Numbered from the stretch's first letter, positions 1 through 9,329 are shown. The stretch: 64,000 nt of DNA from an uncultured Rhodobacter sp. (GCA_964600965.1 CAZRLO010000004.1:1798-65797); one strand, 5' to 3'. Numbers and translations are program-made. Notes: generated from the letters alone by a model not told the origin.

Positions 1-1560
1 GTGGGTTTCGGCAAGACCGAGGTGGCGATGCGCGCGGCCTATGTCGCGGCGGCGAGCGGCCGTCAGATCGCGGTGATTGCCCCGACGACATTGCTGGCGC
101 GGCAGCATTACAATTCGTTTCGCGAACGCTTTCGCGGCCTGCCGATCACCGTGCGCAGCCTTTCGCGGTTCGTGTCGTCATCGCAGGCGGCCCAGACCCG
201 TCAGGGATTGGCCGAAGGGTCGGTCGATATCGTGATCGGCACCCACGCTGTGTTGGCGAAAAGCGTGAAATTTCAAAATCTTGGAATGCTGGTGATCGAC
301 GAGGAACAAAAATTCGGCGTCCGTCACAAGGAACGCCTGAAGGCGCTCAGAACCGATGTGCACGTGCTGACGCTGACGGCGACCCCGATCCCGCGCACGC
401 TGCAACTGTCGTTGTCCGGCGTGCGCGACCTTTCGATCATCGGCACACCCCCGATCGACCGGCTGGCCATCCGCACCTATGTCAGCCCCTTTGACAGCGT
501 GACCATCCGCGAGGCACTGCTGCGCGAACATTACCGCGGCGGCCAGTCCTTTTACGTGGTCCCACGCGTGTCCGATCTGCGCGAAATCCAGGACTTCCTG
601 ACCGATCAGATCCCCGAAATCAGCTTTGTGGTCGCCCACGGGCAGATGGCGGCGGGCGAGCTTGATCAACGCATGAACGATTTTTACGACGGCAGATATG
701 ACGTGCTGCTGGCGACCACCATCGTTGAATCGGGCCTTGATATTCCGGCGGCCAACACGATGGTCATTCACCGCGCCGACATGTTCGGTCTGGCGCAGCT
801 CTATCAGATCCGGGGCAGGGTCGGGCGGTCCAAGACCCGCGCCTATGCCTATCTGACCACGCGGCCCCGCAAGAAGCTGACACCGAACGCCGAAAAGCGT
901 TTGCGGGTTCTCGGGTCGCTCGATTCGCTGGGGGCGGGGTTCACGCTGGCATCGCAGGATCTGGACATAAGGGGGGCCGGGAACATTCTGGGGGACGCGC
1001 AATCCGGGCAGGTGCGCGAGGTCGGCTATGCACTTTACCAAACCATGCTGGAAGAGGCGATTGCCAGAATAAAGGCGGGCACCGCCGAGGGCCTGTCGGA
1101 GGCCGACGAAACCTGGGCGCCTTCGATCAATCTGGGGGTGCCGGTCCTCATCCCCGAAACCTATGTGCCCGATCTGGATGTGCGCCTTGGGCTTTACCGG
1201 CGTCTGTCCGGTCTCAGCGAAAAGGTGGAACTCGAGGGTTTTGCCGCCGAACTGATCGACCGGTTCGGCAGTCTGCCCAAAGAAGTGAATTCGTTGCTGA
1301 ACATCGTCCGGATCAAATCGGTCTGCAAACGCGCGGGCATCGCCCGGCTGGATGGCGGGCCAAAGGGTGCGACGATCCAGTTTCACGACGACAAATTCGC
1401 CAATCCGGCAGGTCTCGTGCAATTCATCAACGATCAGCGCGGTCTGGCCAAGGTGAAGAACAACAAGATCGTGGTGCGGCGCGACTGGAAAAAATCACGC
1501 GACAAGGTCAAGGGCGCCTATGCGATTGCCCGCGATCTGGCGGTGCTGGCGGCGGGGTAG
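1..1560 (+). CDS. mfd: transcription-repair coupling factor Mfd, C-terminal ~519 aa (5' end lies outside the window)
   Basis: The reading frame is open from base 1. Superfamily-2 helicase motifs are present: GFGKTEVA (Walker A), VIDEEQKFG (DExx) and TATPIPRTL. These are followed by the helicase C domain (QLYQIRGRVGRS) and a C-terminal TRCF-type domain. Confidence 0.93.
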   Translation: MGFGKTEVAMRAAYVAAASGRQIAVIAPTTLLARQHYNSFRERFRGLPITVRSLSRFVSSSQAAQTRQGLAEGSVDIVIGTHAVLAKSVKFQNLGMLVIDEEQKFGVRHKERLKALRTDVHVLTLTATPIPRTLQLSLSGVRDLSIIGTPPIDRLAIRTYVSPFDSVTIREALLREHYRGGQSFYVVPRVSDLREIQDFLTDQIPEISFVVAHGQMAAGELDQRMNDFYDGRYDVLLATTIVESGLDIPAANTMVIHRADMFGLAQLYQIRGRVGRSKTRAYAYLTTRPRKKLTPNAEKRLRVLGSLDSLGAGFTLASQDLDIRGAGNILGDAQSGQVREVGYALYQTMLEEAIARIKAGTAEGLSEADETWAPSINLGVPVLIPETYVPDLDVRLGLYRRLSGLSEKVELEGFAAELIDRFGSLPKEVNSLLNIVRIKSVCKRAGIARLDGGPKGATIQFHDDKFANPAGLVQFINDQRGLAKVKNNKIVVRRDWKKSRDKVKGAYAIARDLAVLAAG

Positions 1561-1620
1561 GCCGGGCGGGCGTCGGCCGGTAGATCTGGCGCTTTCCCGG
1601 CACCGCAAAGAGCTGAAAAT

Positions 1621-1735
1621 ACCAACGGACCCAAAGACCGTCCTTCCGCCATCAATGGGTTCAGACTCCCGCCGGACCTTATCTGGATGATTACGGCGCC
1701 GCCGATCGACGGACCGAGATCCGGTGAACGGGCGA
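1621..1735 (+). repeat. intergenic repeat family, copy 1 (partial, left-hand module)
   Basis: Shares ACGGACCC(G)AAAGACCG, GCCGGACCTT, ATCGACGG(A/G)CCG and TCCGG(T/C)GAACGGGC in the same order with 8253-8400. Lies in the mfd / MFS-transporter convergent spacer. Confidence 0.5.
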
Positions 1736-1744
1736 TGGTGACTT

Positions 1745-2956
1745 CTACGCGTCTCCCGATCCCTGCTTCGGATTCAAAAACATCAGCGCAAACCCCAGAC
1801 CGGTGCAGATCGTGAAACCCGACACCAGCGGCAGGACCGAGCCGTCGAACGCCAGCCCGATCGGCACCGCGATCAGCACGCCAAAGAGGGTGCTGACCGC
1901 GCCGATCACCGCGGCCGCCATTCCGGCGATATGCCCCATCGGTTCCATCGCCAGCGCATTTAGGTTGCCGAATGTCAGCCCCGGCACGATGAAGCTCTGG
2001 ATCGACCAGATCAGGAATATCGGAAAGAGACCCGCCGTCGAAAGATCCGAAAACAGCAGCAGCGCCAGCATCCCGAGATTGACGATCAGCGTCGCCCCCA
2101 GCGCGAATTTCGCCAGCGCCCGCATGCCCAGCCGCAGCACCAGCGCCCCGTTGATGAACCCCGAAACCCCGGAAATCAGCGCGATCAACGCGAAGTAGAG
2201 CGGAAAGCGGTGCCCCGCCCCGAAAACATCGACGAAAACCTGTTGGGCCGAACTGAGATAACCGAACAACGCGCCGTATCCCAGCGACATTACCAGCACA
2301 TAGATGAGGACCACGCGCGAGGACATGACCTCGACAATCGCGGCGCGATATGCGGTCCATTTCAGGGCGCGGCGATCTTTTGGGGCCAGCGTTTCGGGTT
2401 GGCGCAGATTCAGCCACAACAGCGCCAGCAACGCAAACAGGATGAAAGCGACAAAGATGCTGCGCCAGCCAAAGGCCAGAAACAGCGTCTGCCCGATCAG
2501 CGGCGCGACCGCCGGTACCAGCACGAAAACCGCCATCGCAAACGACATCACGCGGGCCATCATGCGCCCGGCATAAAGGTCGCGCACCATGGCGATGGTG
2601 ACCGTGCGCGGCGCGGAAACGCCGATCCCCTGAATGAACCGGGCCAGCAGCATCAGTTCAAGCGAGCGCACCCAGATCGCCATCAGGCACCCCGCGATAT
2701 AAAGCCCCAGCCCGGCCGAAATCACCACCTTGCGCCCCAATGTATCGGATATCGGTCCGCTGAATAGCTGGCCGATGCCGGTTCCCAGAACGAAACTGGT
2801 GATCACAAGCTGGGCGCGGTTGACTTCGGAAAGGTTCAGATCAACGGCGATCTCGGGCAATGCCGGCAGCATCGCGTCGGTGCCAAAGGCGATCATCGCG
2901 AAAAGGATGGCAATCAGAACGATGAATTCCGCGAAAGGCAGCGTTTTTGAGTTCAT
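1745..2956 (-). CDS. MFS transporter, Bcr/CflA drug-resistance subfamily
   Basis: Polytopic hydrophobic ORF. The N-terminal pattern GTDAMLPALPEIAVDL...GQLFSGPISDTLGRK is typical of Bcr/CflA. Start set at ATG 2956 (MNSKTLPF), which gives a 4-bp overlap with the upstream gene's stop. The ORF-track start at 3007 is an upstream extension. Confidence 0.85.
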   Translation of the reverse strand: MNSKTLPFAEFIVLIAILFAMIAFGTDAMLPALPEIAVDLNLSEVNRAQLVITSFVLGTGIGQLFSGPISDTLGRKVVISAGLGLYIAGCLMAIWVRSLELMLLARFIQGIGVSAPRTVTIAMVRDLYAGRMMARVMSFAMAVFVLVPAVAPLIGQTLFLAFGWRSIFVAFILFALLALLWLNLRQPETLAPKDRRALKWTAYRAAIVEVMSSRVVLIYVLVMSLGYGALFGYLSSAQQVFVDVFGAGHRFPLYFALIALISGVSGFINGALVLRLGMRALAKFALGATLIVNLGMLALLLFSDLSTAGLFPIFLIWSIQSFIVPGLTFGNLNALAMEPMGHIAGMAAAVIGAVSTLFGVLIAVPIGLAFDGSVLPLVSGFTICTGLGFALMFLNPKQGSGDA

Positions 2957-3600
2957 GTCGCCAGAGCTTGCGGCGCATGGCCGATCTCGTCGATCACCCG
3001 AAGCCATAACGAAGATGGTTGCGCGCCCTGCACCACATAGTGGTTGTCGGCGATGAAACAGGGCACGCCGCCGACACCACGCGCGCGGAAGTCACGGTCC
3101 AGTGCCTGAATTTCACCAACCATCGCATCGCTGGCCAGCAACCGGGCGACTGCCGGTGCATCCATGCCCGCGTCTTTGGCGATGCTGGTCAGGACATCAA
3201 GGTTCGAAATATCGCGCCCGTGCGAAAAATAGGCCTCAAACAGGGCGGTGGTCACCGTTTCCTGGCGGTCTTCCTGACCGGCCCAATAGATCAGGCGATG
3301 CGCATTCAGCGTGTTCGGCGTGCGCGTGATCGCCGCGAAATTGAACGTCAGACCGGCGTCCTGCGCCGCAGTCTCGATCTGGCTGTAAACCCTTACCGCG
3401 CCTTCCTTGCCGCCGAATTTCAGCGCCAGGTATTCGGCGCGGTCCATGCCCTCGGGCGGCATGTCGGGGTTGAGCTGGAACGGGTGCCAGAAAATATCCA
3501 GACCATGCCCGGGCCGCTGGCGCAGCGCGCCATCCAGATTGGCCTTGCCGATCGCACACCACGGGCAGATCGGATCAGAGATGATATCAAGCCGGGTCAT
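2953..3600 (-). CDS. DsbA-family oxidoreductase (FrnE / 2-hydroxychromene-2-carboxylate isomerase-like)
   Basis: 215-aa ORF with an N-terminal SDPICPWC thioredoxin-fold motif and a C-terminal GVGGVPCF motif. There is a 4-bp overlap with both neighbours, so an operon is likely. Confidence 0.85.
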   Translation of the reverse strand: MTRLDIISDPICPWCAIGKANLDGALRQRPGHGLDIFWHPFQLNPDMPPEGMDRAEYLALKFGGKEGAVRVYSQIETAAQDAGLTFNFAAITRTPNTLNAHRLIYWAGQEDRQETVTTALFEAYFSHGRDISNLDVLTSIAKDAGMDAPAVARLLASDAMVGEIQALDRDFRARGVGGVPCFIADNHYVVQGAQPSSLWLRVIDEIGHAPQALAT

Positions 3601-5150
3601 GTGTCATTCCATTCTGCGCGGTGCCGGGCCGCGTATTGCGCCCTGAGTGCGGCGCGTCTGAGCTTGCCGTTCGCGCTTTTGGGCAGCGTATCCACGCGGA
3701 TGAACAGGCGCGGACACTTATACCGCGCAAGACGGGCGCTGCAATATGCAAGCAGCGCGGCATCGTCCGGCGGCGACAGGGCCTGATAGAATGCGGCAAT
3801 GACGTGGGTACCGGGTTTCACCTCGACCGCCGCGGCGGCGGATTCCTCGATGGCCGGGTGGCGGTTCAGAACGGCCTCCACTTCGATGGGCGACACACGG
3901 AAACCACCGGCATTCATCATGTCGTCTTCGCGACCCAGATAGGTGATTTCCCCGTCCGGGCGCATGGCAACGATATCGCCGGTCAGAAACCAGTCGCCGC
4001 GAAACTGTGCCGCCGTGGCCGATGGATTGCGGAAATAACCCCGCATCAGGCCGGGGTCATCGCGCGAAACCGCAAGAATGCCCGGTTGATCAAACGGCAC
4101 CGGTGCGCCACGACCGGGGTCGATCACGGCCACATGGCGGCCATCCTGCGGGCGACCGATCGCGGGTTCGGCGGTCGGATTGGCCGGGCTTGAGGATATG
4201 AAGGTCGAGATTTCGCTCATCCCCAGGGCTTCGTAGATCGCGGTGCCGGTGCGGGCCTGCCAGCGGGCGCGGATTTCGGGTGGCAGTTTTTCGCCCGCCG
4301 ACAGCGCGTGGCGCAACTTCGGCATCGAAATATCGCCCGCATTGCCAAGAATGCGTCGGAAAATGCCCGGCGCGGCGGCAAACAGGCTGGCGCGGTGCGT
4401 GCCAAGCAGGCCCGGCAGGTCGTGGGCCTCGGTTCCTGGGGCGGCGATCAGGGCGGTCGCACCGATGGCCCATGGATCACAAAGACCGGTGCCCAGCGTA
4501 TATGTCCAGTTCATCGCGCCGGCATGCAGCAACCGGTCGTTCTTGCAGAGCCCGTACCAGCCCTGCCACATCATCCGCCGCGCCCAGACCGCGCGGTGGG
4601 CATGTTCAACCAGACGCGGCGCGCCCGCGGTGCCGGATGTCGGAATGACATAGGCCAGACGGTCGGGGTTGCCGGGCCGAAAGGACGCGGGCGCATGAAC
4701 CTGCAATGCCGCGATGTCGTCGGGCAAAAGGACGCGACACCCCGGGTTCTGCGGCGCGTCGATGCCGGTACCAACACAGATCAAGGCCGGTGCCAGCAGC
4801 CGGATCAGGTGATCGACCTCGGGCGCGGTCAGTTGCGCCGACGATGGCGACGGGACATATCCGGCGGCCACCGCGCCGAGAAACAGCAGCGGAAAGCTTA
4901 CCTCGTCGCCCACCCGCAGCAGGATGCGCGCGCCATCGGGCAGGCCCAGCGCGCGCAACCCGCCGGCGGTTGCCAGGACGGCGTGCTCGACCTCGCGATA
5001 GGTCCATCGCCGGGCCGTGGTTGACGACAAAATTTCGAGCGCCGGCTTTTCGGGCGTCGTCTTTGCGGCTGCCAGAACGTGGGCCGCGAGATTGAAATTG
5101 GGTGGGCAGGGCGCTTGGGGAGCGCTGTGGAAAATCGATCCGGCGTTCAT
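3597..5150 (-). CDS. AMP-dependent synthetase/ligase (acyl- or aryl-CoA ligase family)
   Basis: Carries AMP-binding motifs: YVIPTSGTAGAPRLV (the T-S-G-T-x-G-x-P-K-type P-loop), GEKL, YEALGMSE, WFLTGD and a C-terminal ANGKLRR. Start set at ATG 5150 (MNAGSIF). The 52 aa upstream in the ORF track are Arg-rich and non-homologous. Confidence 0.8.
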   Translation of the reverse strand: MNAGSIFHSAPQAPCPPNFNLAAHVLAAAKTTPEKPALEILSSTTARRWTYREVEHAVLATAGGLRALGLPDGARILLRVGDEVSFPLLFLGAVAAGYVPSPSSAQLTAPEVDHLIRLLAPALICVGTGIDAPQNPGCRVLLPDDIAALQVHAPASFRPGNPDRLAYVIPTSGTAGAPRLVEHAHRAVWARRMMWQGWYGLCKNDRLLHAGAMNWTYTLGTGLCDPWAIGATALIAAPGTEAHDLPGLLGTHRASLFAAAPGIFRRILGNAGDISMPKLRHALSAGEKLPPEIRARWQARTGTAIYEALGMSEISTFISSSPANPTAEPAIGRPQDGRHVAVIDPGRGAPVPFDQPGILAVSRDDPGLMRGYFRNPSATAAQFRGDWFLTGDIVAMRPDGEITYLGREDDMMNAGGFRVSPIEVEAVLNRHPAIEESAAAAVEVKPGTHVIAAFYQALSPPDDAALLAYCSARLARYKCPRLFIRVDTLPKSANGKLRRAALRAQYAARHRAEWNDT

Positions 5151-5329
5151 TCCGCTTGCTAGAGCATCCGGGGGCCTGACCGCAACCAACGAGATCAGAC
5201 AACCCGCGCCGCCGGGCCGTGACGCGGGACGTGCCACCCGGCGTATGGTGGTTAATCGCTGTCGTTTGATCTGGAAGATTGGCGACCTTTTTTTGTTTTG
5301 GGACAATGTGTTGCGATGGTTTCGCTTGC

Positions 5330-5346
5330 GTGACTAAAATATTTTA
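5330..5346. promoter_or_regulatory. AT-rich palindromic motif GTGACTAAAATATTTTA, site 1 (left arm and core only)
   Basis: A 17-nt string identical to 34618-34634 and 38461-38477. Located in the divergent promoter region between the AMP-ligase operon (start 5150, minus) and the XRE-cupin regulator (start 5497, plus). Confidence 0.6.
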
Positions 5347-5496
5347 ATGCTTTTCGCCCGCCACTGCTTTCCAACCCGCATTTTCACAAGACCCGGGCCA
5401 AACGCCGCGCATCACCCTCTTGCAATCGGCGCCTCCGCCGGTTGCAACCTGCCGTCCGTGGCGGTAAGGGCGTTGGCACGAACCCAGCAGGTGCCG

Positions 5497-6120
5497 ATGT
5501 CTCAAGCCAATGAACCCAGCCTGATCCGCATGGCGCGCGCCGACGGCAAAGAGGCCACGATTGCACCCCTGAAACTGGGCCACCGCGTTCGCGAATTGCG
5601 CAAGGCCCGTAACTGGACGCTGGAACAGGCCGCCAAAGAGGCCGGACTTGCACGCTCGACCCTTTCCAAGATCGAAAACGAACAGATGTCGCCGACATTC
5701 GATGCGGTCAAGAAACTGGCCGAGGGGCTGGGCATCTCGATCCCGCAGCTATTCACCCCGCCCAAACAGGAACGCGTGCTGGGGCGGATGGCGATCACCC
5801 GTCCGGGCGAGGGCAAACCCTATCTCACCGCCACATATGAACACGAATTGCTGGCCCCGAACCTGACGCGCAAGGCAATGCTGCCCTATCGGGCCCGCGT
5901 GCGCGCCCGCGATGCCGCCGAATTCAACGGCTGGGTCCGCCACGATGGCGAGGAATTTCTGTATGTCCTGTCCGGCGTGATCACCTTTTACAGCGAGTTT
6001 TATGAACCCGTCGAAATGCGCCGCGGCGACAGCGCCTATTACGACGCCGCGATGGGCCACAACGTGGTTTCCATCAGCCAGGAAGATGCGATCATCCTGT
6101 GGGTCACGTCGCTGCAATGA
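5497..6120 (+). CDS. XRE-family transcriptional regulator with C-terminal cupin domain
   Basis: Has an N-terminal HTH (LGHRVRELRKARNWTLEQAAKEAGLARSTLSKIENEQMSPT) and a C-terminal cupin-like segment (HDGEEFLYVLSG...YYDAAMGHN). Start set at ATG 5497 (MSQANEP). Confidence 0.85.
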   Translation: MSQANEPSLIRMARADGKEATIAPLKLGHRVRELRKARNWTLEQAAKEAGLARSTLSKIENEQMSPTFDAVKKLAEGLGISIPQLFTPPKQERVLGRMAITRPGEGKPYLTATYEHELLAPNLTRKAMLPYRARVRARDAAEFNGWVRHDGEEFLYVLSGVITFYSEFYEPVEMRRGDSAYYDAAMGHNVVSISQEDAIILWVTSLQ

Positions 6121-6212
6121 TCCCGTTGCTGGCGACCGCAGACCAAAACCCGAATTCCGGCGCTTTTTGAGGGCGTTACCGCGCGGCGTTCATTTTCCGG
6201 GATTCGACAAAA

Positions 6213-6242
6213 AAACGCCCGCACGAAGCGGGCGTTAAGTTA
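6213..6242 (+). terminator. hairpin downstream of the XRE-cupin gene (possible intrinsic terminator)
   Basis: AACGCCCGC-acgaa-GCGGGCGTT forms a 9-bp GC-rich stem. An A-run precedes it and AAGTTATT follows. The T-tract is weak, so efficiency is uncertain. Confidence 0.45.
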
Positions 6243-6396
6243 TTGAGGCAGGTTTCATACAGGCAAGAAACCTATCGAGCAGTGCAGTTGTTATACGAAA
6301 TCTGTACGGGTGCGCCAAGTTAAAATTTGAAAATTTTGTGGCAAGTCAGTAGGCTGGACCACGACCTGCCCCCATCATGACGGAAATGTTGCGCCG

Positions 6397-8205
6397 ATGA
6401 CACGAATGCTCTTGCCGATGCCGCGTGGCCTTGTGGCGCTGATATTGCTGCTGAATTTCGCGTATGGCGCATCTGCGCAGCCCCAACACGCCATAGCTAT
6501 GTACGGCGACCCGGCCTTGCCCCCAGATTTTGTGTCGCTGCCCTACGCCAACCCGGATGCGCCAAAGGGCGGGCGAATCGCTTTTGGCGAACGCGGCGGC
6601 TTTGACGGGTTCAATCCCTACATCCGCAAGGGCCGCGCGCCCTGGGGCGTGCGCGTCCATGTTTACGAGACATTAATGGGGCGAAATTGGGACGAACCGT
6701 TCTCGTTATACGGCCTTTTGGCCGAATCGGTCGAGACCGGGGCGAATCGCGAATGGGTCGAATTCACGCTGCGTCCCGAGGCCCGGTTTTCGGACGGCTC
6801 CCCCGTCACGGTCGAAGACGTGATCTGGTCGTTTGAGACCCTCGCCACCAAGGGCGTGCCGCGTTACGCCAACGCCTGGGCCAAGGTCGCGAGCGCCCGC
6901 GCTACCGGGCCACGCAGCGTCCGTTTCACCTTCAAGACGGTCGACCGGGAATTGCCGCTGATTCTGGGCCTGCGACCGGTCCTGAAAAAGGCCGATTGGG
7001 ACGGAAGGGATTTCGCGGAAAGTTCGCTCGATATTCCCACCGGCAGCGGCCCCTATCTGGTGTCCGAATTCGAGACGAACCGCTTTATCACCTTCCGGCG
7101 CAACCCGGATTACTGGGGTCGCGATCTGCCGTTCAATCGCGGGCGCCATAACCTTGACGAAATCCGGTACGAATATTTCAACGATGCTTCGGTGATATTC
7201 GAGGCATTCCGTGCCGGTGAAATATCGGTTTTTCGCGAACCGAACGCCCAGAAATGGCAGGACCAGTATGATTTTGCCGCCGTCCGGTCCGGCGAAATCG
7301 TCAAGTCCGAAATTCCGCACGGGCGGCCGTCGGGAATGCGGGGGTTCGTCTTCAACACAAGGCGGGCGATATTCGCCGATTGGCGGGTGCGCGATGCGCT
7401 GATCCACGCGTTCAATTTCGAGTTCATCAATCAGGTCATCAACAAGGGACGATCCCCGCGCGCCACCAGTTTTTTCTCGAATTCCGAACTTGGCATGCGC
7501 GAAGGTCCGGCCAGCGGGCGGGTGCTGGAATTCCTGACGCCGTTTGCCGACACGCTTCTGCCGGGGGCGCTGGACGTCTATGCGCTGCCGGTCTCGCCGG
7601 GCAACGAACGCAACCGCAAGAACCTGCGGTTCGCCGCCAGGCAGCTTGCGGCGGCGGGCTGGTCGGTGGACGATAGCGGCGTTCTTCGCAACGGTGAAGG
7701 GACCGCGTTCACCTTCGAGATCATGCTGCGTTCGTCGGCAAACGAGGCCATCGCCAATATTTTTGCCGATGCCCTCAAGCGGCTGGGGATCGAGGTGACG
7801 CTGAAGTTGATTGATAATTCCCAGCACAAGCAGCGGCGGGATGTTTACGATTTCGACATGATGTTCAACGTCTGGAGCCTGTCGCTGTCGCCCGGCAACG
7901 AGCAGACACTCTATTGGGGGTCAGGTGGGGTCACGTCAGAGAAAACCCGTAATTTCATGGGCATGAGCGCACCCGCCGCCGATGCGATGATCCAGCGGAT
8001 TCTGACCAGCGAAAGCCGCGAGGATTTCGTTGCCGCGACGCGCGCGCTTGACCGCGTGCTGACGACGGGCCGCTATGTGATCCCGATCTGGTACAATCGC
8101 GTCAGCCGTCTGGCGCATCGCCGCGAATTGCGGTTTTCCGCGCGATTGCCGGTCTATGGGGACTGGCTGGGCTTCCTGCCCGAAGTCTGGTGGTGGCAGG
8201 AATAA
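6397..8205 (+). CDS. ABC-transporter substrate-binding protein, family 5 (YejA/oligopeptide-like)
   Basis: 602-aa ORF with a signal peptide (LVALILLLNFAYGASAQ) and the length and motifs of SBP_bac_5 (DGSPVTVEDVIWSF, GSGPY, FRRNPDYWG). No permease or ATPase genes follow. Confidence 0.85.
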   Translation: MTRMLLPMPRGLVALILLLNFAYGASAQPQHAIAMYGDPALPPDFVSLPYANPDAPKGGRIAFGERGGFDGFNPYIRKGRAPWGVRVHVYETLMGRNWDEPFSLYGLLAESVETGANREWVEFTLRPEARFSDGSPVTVEDVIWSFETLATKGVPRYANAWAKVASARATGPRSVRFTFKTVDRELPLILGLRPVLKKADWDGRDFAESSLDIPTGSGPYLVSEFETNRFITFRRNPDYWGRDLPFNRGRHNLDEIRYEYFNDASVIFEAFRAGEISVFREPNAQKWQDQYDFAAVRSGEIVKSEIPHGRPSGMRGFVFNTRRAIFADWRVRDALIHAFNFEFINQVINKGRSPRATSFFSNSELGMREGPASGRVLEFLTPFADTLLPGALDVYALPVSPGNERNRKNLRFAARQLAAAGWSVDDSGVLRNGEGTAFTFEIMLRSSANEAIANIFADALKRLGIEVTLKLIDNSQHKQRRDVYDFDMMFNVWSLSLSPGNEQTLYWGSGGVTSEKTRNFMGMSAPAADAMIQRILTSESREDFVAATRALDRVLTTGRYVIPIWYNRVSRLAHRRELRFSARLPVYGDWLGFLPEVWWWQE

Positions 8206-8252
8206 TCCCGCCGCCACAACCACGCCCCGGTCGCCCGCAGGCCGGCGCCGGG

Positions 8253-8480
8253 ACCCACGGACCCGAAAGACCGACCATTCCTTAATGAACGGTTCAGCAA
8301 TCGCGGTGGTTCCAATCCTTCGGCTCGATCCCCTGCCGGACCTTGCTTCTATCGCCCACAGACCCGGGTATCGACGGGCCGTGGTCCGGCGAACGGGCAC
8401 CAATTTCTGCCACTTTATCCCGGCAAAACCTGCGCGACCTCAATTGTTTGCGCTTCCCTCGGCCAATTGCCGTGCCATGG
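8253..8480 (+). repeat. intergenic repeat family, copy 2 (longest copy, both modules)
   Basis: The left module matches 1621-1735. The right module (8358-8480) matches the reverse complement of about 27640-27790. Shared strings are ATCGACGGGCCGTGGT (8370-8385 vs rc 27737-27752), GCCACTTTATCCCGGCAAAA (8409-8428 vs rc 27694-27713), GCGCGACC, GGCCAAT and GCCGTGCC. Confidence 0.65.
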
Positions 8481-8696
8481 GAGGGTCCAATGAGGCGCGG
8501 CCGGCAGAAGCTCCGTCTTCGCATGCAGTCGGGAAAACTCATAAGACAAGCGTATTGCGTTCAATCTGACGCAAGCGTTTTCGCAAAACGCGAATGGGTG
8601 CCTGGGCAAACAGGGGTTTCAGGTACCACCGGCCGAACCAGGAAAAAAGCAATCCGCTTCGGGACCGCAAGCCCGGCGAACACGCCGCCGCGCGGC

Positions 8697-9329
8697 TCAT
8701 GCCCCGCCCGAAATTCCCGCCCTCAGTGGCCACAAAAGCCCGGCTGCGATCGTCCACATGGTCAGCCCGATCAACCCGTCGAAGATCCGCCACGCGCGCG
8801 CCGATTGCATGATCGGGGAAAGCAGCCGCGCGCCATAGCCCAGCGCGAAGAAAAACGTGAAGGACGCCGCCGCCGCCGCGACGCCAAAGACCAGTTTCTG
8901 ACCGCCTTCGGCAAATCCCGCCGAAACCGCGCCGATCAGGCCCAGCGTGTCCAGATAGACATGCGGGTTCAGCCATGTCAGCGCCAGCCCCGTCAGAATC
9001 ACCGGCCGCAGCCCGGTCGCGTTCGCCGTGGTTTGCCCGACGGCATTGCCCCGGATCGCCGCCTTGAACCGCAACCCTCCGTAAACGATCAGGAACCCGG
9101 CCCCGGCCAGCGCCATGAAGTGCGGAAATTGCGGGGAAAGCGTCACCAGCCAGCCAAACCCCAGCACACCCAGCGTGATCAGGGCCGCATCCGATACCGC
9201 GCAAAGCAGGCAAAGCACGAAAACATGCCGCCCCAACATCCCCTGGCGCAGCACAAAGGCGTTTTGCGCACCTATGGCCAGTATCAGCGAAAGGGCGGTG
9301 AAATACCCGGTCAGTGCCGCCGTGATCAT
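8697..9329 (-). CDS. LysE/ArgO-family amino-acid exporter
   Basis: 210-aa six-TM ORF. The N-terminus LSLILAIGAQNAFVLRQG is characteristic of LysE/ArgO. Confidence 0.85.
   Translation of the reverse strand: MITAALTGYFTALSLILAIGAQNAFVLRQGMLGRHVFVLCLLCAVSDAALITLGVLGFGWLVTLSPQFPHFMALAGAGFLIVYGGLRFKAAIRGNAVGQTTANATGLRPVILTGLALTWLNPHVYLDTLGLIGAVSAGFAEGGQKLVFGVAAAAASFTFFFALGYGARLLSPIMQSARAWRIFDGLIGLTMWTIAAGLLWPLRAGISGGA

Noticed and set aside
3007-5306. N-terminal extensions given by the ORF track for many genes, including MFS 3007, AMP-ligase 5306, XRE 5347, AbrB 19701, coaD 25352, SLT 39197, ctrA 53852, sciP 54421, hemA 62050 and MarR 63189.
   Set aside because: The extensions are Arg-rich and non-homologous. 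The conserved protein N-termini begin at internal ATGs, often with an SD or a 4-bp overlap to the neighbouring gene.
8343-8500. A conserved peptide (IDGPWSGERA..ATLSRQ) apparently shared by ORFs at 8343(+), 27567-27938(-) and the 1690-1740 region, considered as a small repeated gene.
   Set aside because: The similarity is at the nucleotide level, and substitutions are spread over all codon positions. The frames have no start/SD context, and they run into unrelated sequence. This is better explained as a non-coding dispersed repeat.
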